The position numbers were made by a program, and so were the translations under genes. Positions 1 through 6,156 of a stretch of 14,638 nt of DNA are shown one piece after another. Where the stretch lies: positions 1-14,638 of the forward strand of contig JAYGFR010000149.1 in the NCBI GenBank assembly GCA_046581755.1, given 5' to 3'. Origin of the DNA: Nitrospinota bacterium (GTDB lineage: Bacteria > UBA8248). A model generated the notes under the pieces. The model saw nothing but the letters and a program-made list of their open reading frames with translations, was not told where the DNA came from and ran no database searches. Within the stretch, counting starts at the first letter, position 1. Each line of letters begins with the position of its first letter.

Positions 1-77
1 TCTGGTGGCCCAAAATAAGATGGAAATTGGGGACGTGTTGTGGCTAGAATGCTGCGAAAATACAAAATCGGGGGAAA

Positions 78-440
78 TTAGGCCGCTTTTAGAGGTTGCC
101 TTCTTTTTAAATGAAGAAGGAGCGTCATCGTGTGGTCCACCACAGAGTCCGAGATCGGCATCGCAAACGTTGCGACGGGGATTCCGCGCGAGGCCGCCTC
201 TTCGGGTTTCAGGCGCTCGAAAAAATAACCGCCCGCCTGGATGAGTTTGAGCCCTCCCGCATGGGGGTAAAATTCGGGACCCAGGTCGTCGTTTTCGCAG
301 ATAAAAAACGCCGCCTCCTCGAGGGCTTTGAGCCGTTTTCTCTCGTCGGGCTCCACGATGAGGTCGATTCGGTCCCCGTCCAGGGCGGCATCGATTCTTT
401 TCGTAATTTTCGGCCGGCAGCGGCCTACTTCGCAGGGCTC
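78..440 (-). pseudogene. Truncated D-isomer-specific 2-hydroxyacid dehydrogenase (N-terminal substrate-binding part only)
   Basis: The open frame 440->78 contains LKLIQAGGYFFERLKPEEAASRGIPVATFAMPISDSVVDHTMTLLLHLKRR. This matches the family segment LK.I....G.D..D...A..RGI.V.N......SVAEH...L.L...RR. It stops (TAA at 80-78) where the NAD-binding domain should begin, and there is no good start codon or RBS upstream of the homologous part. Confidence 0.6.
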
Positions 441-588
441 TCAGGCAGGGAAGTATCCGGGTCACAACACGGATTTTGGTTATGGGAAATCCCTCTTGAA
501 ACGGCCCGCTGGGCGGGGCCCGTTTGAAATAATCCACGGCTCCAGAATTTCAAACCTGAATCCTCCGGGCGCTTTTAGGGGCGCCGGG

Positions 589-597
589 TGGTATAAT
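589..597 (+). promoter_or_regulatory. Extended -10 sigma70 promoter (TGgTATAAT) for the redoxin-DinB operon
   Basis: Exact TGnTATAAT at 589-597 in GC-rich DNA, 75 nt upstream of ATG 672. No clear -35 element. Confidence 0.6.
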
Positions 598-671
598 TAC
601 TAAATGCCGAACCCCACAAATTGGAAAACCGGGGAAAGTGTTTCTCCCCGTCCATCTCGGAGGCGATTCTC

Positions 672-1439
672 ATGGAACCGGTAAAAGTCTACACGAGACA
701 CGGCTGATTCTCTTGCGCCAGAACGAGAGAGTTTCTCTCGGACAAGGGCGTCACTGTCATCGACCGCGACGTGGAAAACGACGAGGAGGCAGCCCGGGAG
801 CTCGCCAATATGGGCCTCAAGATTCTGCCAGTCTCGGTGCGGGGGGACCGCCAGGTCATCGGTTTCAATGCCAAGGAGCTGATCGAGACCTTCGGCTTGG
901 ATAAAGGGGGCGACGAGCTTCCCGAGCCCGGGTGGATGCTCGAAAAGTACCGGTTCGTATTCGAGGCGACAAAGCGCGCCGTCCGGCAGATTCCACCGGA
1001 CAAGCTCACCTGGGAGACTCCCAAGCGGAAGCGCGACCTGCGCATGCTCACCTGGCACATTTTCGAGCGGGTGCGGATTTGCCTCCAATCGCTGGAGGTG
1101 GGCGAGTATACGCGGGCGGCGGTGACGAACTACCGGAAGGACATGGACTACGAAGCTGCCGGCCTCCATACGCCCGAGGACATTTGCACGTACGGCGGCG
1201 GGGTGGAGGAGGAGCTCGAACCCTATCTGATTGGCGATAAGACGGACCTTCTCGAGAGGACGGTGCCTACCTACGCAGGGGATAAGACGCTTCACCAGCT
1301 TCTCGAACTAGCGCTTGCCCACGCCTATCAGCACCTTCGCCAGACCTATGAGTATCTCAAAATGCTGGATATCGAGCCGGACCGTCCTCTTTCCGCGGGC
1401 GATTACGAGGGGATACCGGTGACGAAAGACCTTTTCTAG
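672..1439 (+). CDS. Probable selenoprotein: glutaredoxin/NrdH-redoxin domain (U-F-S-C) fused to a DinB-like four-helix domain, 255 aa
   Basis: RBS GGAGG 659-663 and ATG 672, in frame with the 771..1439 ORF. Translation MEPVKVYTRHG-TGA(705-707)-FSC-ARTREFLSDKGV..DRDVEND..A.REL..MG..ILPV...RQVIGFN is a complete Grx/NrdH fold with TGA at the first Cys of CxxC. The C-terminal part has DinB-type His motifs (TWH129, H217AYQH221). Confidence 0.85.
715..751 (+). promoter_or_regulatory. Putative bacterial SECIS element
   Basis: Upper stem CGAGAG(724-729)/CTCTCG(735-740) with loop AGTTT. Lower stem GCGCC(715-719)/GGCGT(747-751). The loop begins 22 nt after the UGA and has G followed by U in its first positions. 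Confidence 0.7.
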
Positions 1440-1470
1440 GAAAAATCATCCGGCGGAAGGAGGGGGCGCG

Positions 1471-2148
1471 ATGACGAAAGAGGAAAGGCGGGAGCTTCAG
1501 GCGTCTCTCTCCGCGTTCCCCGGAGGGCTCCGGGAGGAAACCGAGGGCCTTTCCTTCGAGCAAATGACGTTCGCCGCCCTGGAACCGGGTTGGGCGCGTT
1601 GGTCCATCGATAACCACCTTCGCCACGTGGCCCAGATTCCCGCCAACTGGCTCTATGTGCGGACCCAGGAGGCGATATCCGCCGCAGGATATTTCTTTCC
1701 GCCCACCGCCGAGGCCATCGCGCAAGTCCGCCGCTCAGGTCCCCGGCTGGTTCCGCCCCATGTCGCTCCCGACCGGAAGGCGCTCCTCGATATTCTGACG
1801 ACCTGGATGATCTTTTGCTGCTGGATTCTCGACCGGGAGGAAGATGAGGGGTTGCGGAAAATTCAGGTCCAGCTATGGGTGGATCCGGATGAAAAAAGGC
1901 CGGACGATCCCCGGAAGACGGTTGAATACACCAGGGACGCGGCGGCGCTCCATCCCTCCGGTTACATCGAAGATCCCCAAAAACCGGGGCATTTCACCGT
2001 CGAGCTCGGCACGGCTCTTTGCCATATCCACTGGAATATGCTGGCCCACCACAGGAATATTCAGCGAATCAAGACCCTGTTGGGGCTGCCCGAGGCGATA
2101 GACCTTCCCCGGGTGGGCTACCTCTCACTCCCGAAGTATTACGACTGA
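1471..2148 (+). CDS. DinB-family protein (DinB_2-like), 225 aa
   Basis: RBS AGGAGG 1458-1463. Motifs EGLS.EQM.F.....WARWSIDNHLRHVA and ALCHIHWNMLAHHRNIQRIK..LGL are typical of DinB helices 2 and 4. Starts 31 nt after the previous stop. Confidence 0.75.
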   Translation: MTKEERRELQASLSAFPGGLREETEGLSFEQMTFAALEPGWARWSIDNHLRHVAQIPANWLYVRTQEAISAAGYFFPPTAEAIAQVRRSGPRLVPPHVAPDRKALLDILTTWMIFCCWILDREEDEGLRKIQVQLWVDPDEKRPDDPRKTVEYTRDAAALHPSGYIEDPQKPGHFTVELGTALCHIHWNMLAHHRNIQRIKTLLGLPEAIDLPRVGYLSLPKYYD

Positions 2149-2241
2149 ACGGGTCTGCGAGAATCTCCTCCTCCCCCCTTCTCCCTCCCCCCCCGGTAAG
2201 CCGGGTCTGAACCGCGAAAGGGATTGAATCCTGCATCAATA

Positions 2242-2299
2242 GGCTCCTCTTATACGCGGCGGCCCCCTCGAATATGCAGTAAGCCCCCTCGAATACGCA
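2242..2299. repeat. Phased direct repeats, putative transcription-factor binding array
   Basis: GCCCCCTCGAATATGCA (2262-2278) and GCCCCCTCGAATACGCA (2283-2299) are 16/17 identical and 21 bp apart. A degenerate copy GGCTCCTCTTATACGCG lies at 2242-2258. Confidence 0.6.
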
Positions 2300-2451
2300 T
2301 TCGCCTAAAATTTCCGCCGAATCCTCATTTTCCGGCCCCCGGGCAGAATTTAGTGGTGGGATTTCGAGGGCAGGCATACATTAGATATCAGGATATATTT
2401 ATCTTGTTATTGACAGGGATCGAGCCTGGGAAAAAAAAGGAGGTAATTGTG

Positions 2452-2735
2452 ATGGCCGAAACCGGGTATTAATCGCTCCCATCGTCGCATTGGCGATTGT
2501 TTATGGCTTTTTGCCTCAAATGTCCTCTGTCTATCGGCAGTTCAATAGGCCGCTGCCGGTGCGGTGCCCCGAGACAGGCGATTTTGCTTCGGTGCTGATC
2601 GATTCGCCTTATGCCGCCCGCACATCCTTGGTGGGAATCCCCAAACTTCGGATCAAGGACTGCTCCCGGTGGCCGGTATGGAGTGTCTGTGAGCGGGGCT
2701 GCCTGAAAGGGGAAGTGGACCGAAAGTTCGCCTGA
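2452..2735 (+). pseudogene. Small membrane-anchored 4-Cys protein (CPETG...CSRWP....C...CL), frameshifted near the start
   Basis: Perfect SD AAGGAGGT 2437-2444 and ATG 2452 give MAETGY* (TAA 2470-2472). Adding 1 nt at ~2464-2466 joins this to VLIAPIVALAIVYGFLP (TM helix) and the Cys domain, giving ~94 aa. TTG 2490 is an alternative, RBS-less start. Confidence 0.6.
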
Positions 2736-2834
2736 ACGGAGGGCGGGGCCGCTTCCGGCCGCCCCCAATCGAACACGGGAGCGGGTTTTGGAATGGACCT
2801 TTCAAACGAAGGGAAACGTGAGAAGGAATGGGAT

Positions 2835-3289
2835 ATGAAAATTCACCGGGTTTGGCTCCCGTCGATTTTTCCGCCGCCAGCCGGGATGAATTGGGCTATG
2901 CGATCGAGCTTGCCGGGGAGTGCGGCGCGGAGTTGATCGCGCTCCATGTGATCCCCCCTTACGTCGCGGAGATGTATGCCCAAAAAGGCACCGACTGGGG
3001 CGCTTTCCGGGCGGAGATCGAAAAGAAACTTCATGCCCTCGTCGGGAAAGAGGCGGCGAAAAACTAGGCCGCCGGGATTCATCACAGGTGGTGCGTCGTT
3101 TCCGGAAATCCCGCCAATGAGATTTTGCGCGTGGCGAAGCGGGAAAAAGCCGATCTCGTGATCATGTCCACGCATGGGCGCTCCGGAATTCCGCGCGCCG
3201 TCATGGGCAGCGTTGCCGAAAAAGTGATCCGCCAATCGACGGTGCCGGTCCTGACCTTGAGTCAGGCCGGAATGTCCAAGGCGGCATGA
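2835..3289 (+). pseudogene. Universal stress protein (Usp), disrupted
   Basis: LAPVDFS...LIALHV in the first half. The same frame continues past TAG 3065-3067 into GNPANEILRVAKREKADLVIMSTHGRSGIPRAVMGSVAEKVIRQSTVPVLTL. The likely start ATG 2835 (MKIHRV, RBS AAGGA 2823-2827) needs 1 extra nt at ~2851 to join LAPVDFS. Confidence 0.8.
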
Positions 3290-3359
3290 TCGAAGCGGCG
3301 GTTTTTGGGGGCGCGTGGTTCAGGATTCGGGAGGCCAACCATTGAGAAAGGATAGGAGA

Positions 3360-3830
3360 ATGTACAAGAACATTATGGTCCCTCTGGACGGATCGAAGCT
3401 GGCCGAAGTGTGCGATTTCGCCCGCCAACAAGGGGCGAAACTGAATATTTTGAGAGTGACCTACGCCAAGGTATTTCCGGGCGCGGACCCGGCCGATTCT
3501 CAACTGAAAGTCGTCGGAGAGGCGGAGGACTATACTCAAATGGTTCAGCGCCGCCTGGAGGAGGAAGGATTTACCGTCGAAAGCCATGTCCGCTATGGAT
3601 TTCCCGTGGAGGAAATTTTAGACCATGCCAAACGGGGAGGCGTTGACCTGATCGCCATGGCGACCCATGGGCGTTCGGGGCCCGCCCGCTGGATGCTGGG
3701 CAGCGTTGCCGAGGAGGTTCTTCGCCACGCGCTCGTCCCTGTATTGCTCTTCCGGGTCCGCGGGGCGCAGGAGGCGGGGATGGACCCGCCTTCGGCCGCC
3801 GAGGTGGACGAAAGGAGAAAAGTGTCATGA
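3360..3830 (+). CDS. Universal stress protein (Usp)
   Basis: MYKNIMVPLDGSKLAE...G.PVEEILDHA....VDLIAMATHGRSGPARWMLGSVAEEVLRHA.VPVLL, a Usp with the G-2x-G-9x-GS ATP-binding-type motif. Helix 1 looks shortened by about 5-6 residues. Confidence 0.88.
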   Translation: MYKNIMVPLDGSKLAEVCDFARQQGAKLNILRVTYAKVFPGADPADSQLKVVGEAEDYTQMVQRRLEEEGFTVESHVRYGFPVEEILDHAKRGGVDLIAMATHGRSGPARWMLGSVAEEVLRHALVPVLLFRVRGAQEAGMDPPSAAEVDERRKVS

Positions 3831-4286
3831 CAAAATTCAGGGCGAAAAAAATCCTTGTGCCGGTGGATTTCTCGGCGTTCAGCGAAGGGGCTCTCGAGAC
3901 CGCCGCCGATCTGGCCCAGACCCAGGATGGAGAGCTCACCTTGCTCCACGTCATGATGGAGCCGCGCGCTTCGGTCCCTTATGAGGTCTACATCGACTGG
4001 CAAAAGGTGAAAGACGAAATTTGGCGGGACGTCGAGAAAAGCCTCGAAACCATGAAAGAAAAAAAACGGTTTCGCGGGCAAGGCCCAGCACGCGCTCTTT
4101 TGGGGAGACCCGCCCGGGGCGATTGTGAAGTATGCGAATGAGAACGGATTCGACCTGATCGTGATGGCGACCCACGGGCGGACGGGCGTGGGCCGGCTGT
4201 TCATGGGCAGCGTGGCCGAGAACGTCATTTGCCACTCACCGTGCCCGGTTGTGGTGCTCCGGAGCTCGGAGCTCGTTGCCGCCTAG
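3827..4286 (+). pseudogene. Universal stress protein (Usp), frameshifted in an A8 run
   Basis: KKILVPVDFS...LTLLHV in the first frame. Removing one A from the run at 4059-4066 restores NGFAGKAQHALFWGDPPGAIVKYANENGFDLIVMATHGRTGVGRLFMGSVAENVICHSPCPVVVLR to TAG 4284-4286 (152 aa). ATGA overlap with the previous gene. Confidence 0.85.
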
Positions 4287-4361
4287 CACATAAAAAGCCT
4301 CCGGGCGGGAATCGTGGAGATAAGCCGTTTGAAGCGAAGCCATTCCAGGAGGGCAACAAAA

Positions 4362-5066
4362 ATGAATATTCGGCATTTCGGTTGTTGTCCCGCGGATGTC
4401 CGCGGCCGGCGGTCCCGCTCCGGGGTTTTCTTCCTGGCGATGGCCTTCGCGGTCCACCTGATGCTCCTTCTCGGGGCGGCCAGCGGCCAGGGCCGGGTGC
4501 GGCCGCTGAAGGAGACAATCGATTCCGGAAGGTTCCTTTTCCAAACCCAAGGCTGCGCGAGCTGCCATTCGGTCATGGGCCAGGGCGGCACGGTGGGCCC
4601 CGACCTCACCCGAACCACCGTCTGGGCCTCGCCCATGCTCGGTGCCGCCGTCATGTGGAACCATGTGCCCCTGATGGCAAAAGCCAGGCGGGAGAAAAAT
4701 CTTCCCTGGCCGATGTTTCAAGGCAGGGATATCGGCGACATATTCACCTTTCTCCACTCCTTGAGCCACCGGAAAGGGGGCGCCTACTCCTTTCCGGGCG
4801 AAGTTAGAAAAGGGGAGATTCGGTTTTCGGGAACCTGTCAAAAATGCCACGGACAGCCCTTTCAGGGAGGGAAGATCGGACCCGACCTCGGCCCGGTGGC
4901 GGCGCGCATGAGCGATGAAATCGAATTCGCCACGCGAATGCTCCGCCATGCGCCCAAAATGGTGCCCATCGCCAGAAAGAAGAGCATCCCCTGGCCCCAA
5001 TTCAGCGGGAGCGAGATGGCCAGCATATTCGCCTACCTGAAGTTTTTCCGGCGGAGCAAGCCGTGA
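4362..5066 (+). CDS. Exported dihaem c-type cytochrome
   Basis: RBS AGGAGGG 4347-4353, ATG 4362 and a hydrophobic signal-like segment. Two haem motifs, CASCH and CQKCH, each followed by GG..GPDL and M..H.P.M...PWP.F. Confidence 0.85.
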   Translation: MNIRHFGCCPADVRGRRSRSGVFFLAMAFAVHLMLLLGAASGQGRVRPLKETIDSGRFLFQTQGCASCHSVMGQGGTVGPDLTRTTVWASPMLGAAVMWNHVPLMAKARREKNLPWPMFQGRDIGDIFTFLHSLSHRKGGAYSFPGEVRKGEIRFSGTCQKCHGQPFQGGKIGPDLGPVAARMSDEIEFATRMLRHAPKMVPIARKKSIPWPQFSGSEMASIFAYLKFFRRSKP

Positions 5067-5242
5067 GATTTTTCACCTGATTCGGGTCCCTGATATTCGA
5101 TAAGATACACTCTGCCCCCGGCTCCATTATTGACCTCGGCCTCCGCTGGCAGGCGGAGAGGAGCGGATTCCCCCACTCGAATTCGGCCCCGCCACCGATT
5201 GCCAAGCACCCGCTAATCCCCCAAGGTATGGGACGAATCCCG

Positions 5243-5257
5243 AAATGAATTTCATTT
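5243..5257. promoter_or_regulatory. Perfect 7-1-7 palindrome, putative operator of the SDR pair
   Basis: AAATGAA-T-TTCATTT, AT-rich in a GC-rich context, 75 nt upstream of ATG 5332. Confidence 0.5.
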
Positions 5258-5331
5258 GATTTCCCCGCCCGCCGGGGGGGCGTGGACGCTCTCCGGCGGC
5301 TCCGGCGGGCCGCTTCAAGGGAGAGGCGCAC

Positions 5332-6141
5332 ATGATGCTCGAGGGAAAGAAGATCATCGTCACCGGGGGCGGGAGCGGAATCGGCCGGGCCACCTGCGTC
5401 CTCGCCGCCCGCGAGGGCGCCGGCGTGGCCGTCGCCGATATCAACCCCGAGACCGGGGCCGAAACCGTGGAGATGGTCAAGGCCGAGAGGCGGGAGGCGA
5501 TTCTCATCGAGATGGACACCTCGAAAAAGGCCGACGCCCTGCGCATGGCGGAGGAGACCCTGGCCGCCTTCGGGACCATCGACGGCATCGTCTGCTGTGC
5601 CATCAAGCTCGTTCCCGGGCGGCTCGAGGATCTTCCCGAGGAGGACTGGGACATGGTGATGGACATCGGGCTCAAAGGCTATTTTCTCTGCGCCCAGGCC
5701 GCCGGGCGGACCATGATCAAGAACAAGAGCGGGGCCATCGTGTTCGTCTCCTCGGTCGGGGGGATGCAGACCTACCCGCTGGCGGGGGCTTATTCGGTCT
5801 GCAAGGCGGGGGCGATCATGCTCAGCAAGCTCTTCGGGGTGGAGTGGGCCGCCCACGGCATCCGGGCGAACACGGTATCGCCCGGCCAGGTGCGGACCCC
5901 GATGACCGAGGCGATGTTCCAAGACCCCGTGATCGCCAAGGGGCGTGCCGCGGTCGTGCCGATGGGCCGGGTGGGGGCGCCCGAGGAGATCGCTGAGGGG
6001 TGCGTTTTTCTCCTCTCCGAGCGGGCGCGCTACATCACGGCGGCCAACCTGCCCATCGACGGCGGGCAGGGGGAGAGCAAGATGATTCACACGCCGGGGC
6101 GAAACTGGGGGGGCAAGAAAATCGACTACGATGCGAGATAA
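5332..6141 (+). CDS. Short-chain dehydrogenase/reductase (probably NAD-dependent)
   Basis: TGGGSGIG glycine motif, Asp at the end of beta2 (VADIN), catalytic Ser region (VSS) and YSVCK, then IRANTVSPG and GRVG.PEEIA. Confidence 0.93.
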   Translation: MMLEGKKIIVTGGGSGIGRATCVLAAREGAGVAVADINPETGAETVEMVKAERREAILIEMDTSKKADALRMAEETLAAFGTIDGIVCCAIKLVPGRLEDLPEEDWDMVMDIGLKGYFLCAQAAGRTMIKNKSGAIVFVSSVGGMQTYPLAGAYSVCKAGAIMLSKLFGVEWAAHGIRANTVSPGQVRTPMTEAMFQDPVIAKGRAAVVPMGRVGAPEEIAEGCVFLLSERARYITAANLPIDGGQGESKMIHTPGRNWGGKKIDYDAR

Positions 6142-6156
6142 AGGAGGATGAAAGTC

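Noticed and set aside
41..55. TGGCTAGAATGCTGC as a sigma54 -24/-12 promoter on the + strand
   Set aside because: The GG-N10-GC spacing fits, but the match is partial and no credible + strand gene follows within about 600 nt.
432..443. TGA-GAG-CCC-TGC (U-E-P-C) on the - strand, upstream of the dehydrogenase remnant, as a second Sec site
   Set aside because: No thioredoxin-fold context, another in-frame TGA seven codons upstream, no suitable start or RBS, and no convincing SECIS.
499..525. Bulged hairpin AAACGG-CCCGC/GCGGG-GC-CCGTTT as a terminator
   Set aside because: It lies between divergently oriented genes, so there is no evident transcript to terminate, and its function is unsupported.
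2242..2299. Direct repeats as a mini CRISPR array
   Set aside because: The repeats are only 17 bp with 3-4 nt between them, and there are no spacers or cas genes.
3065..3067. In-frame TAG in the first Usp as pyrrolysine or stop-codon reassignment
   Set aside because: It falls in a variable, non-catalytic region, other lesions surround it, and TAG is used as a true stop elsewhere (1437-1439, 4284-4286, 6957-6955).
4386..4399. 14-nt exact match TGTCCCGCGGATGT shared with 12743-12756
   Set aside because: A single GC-rich 14-mer match is plausible by chance in 14.6 kb. This copy is inside a CDS and lacks the hairpin partner.
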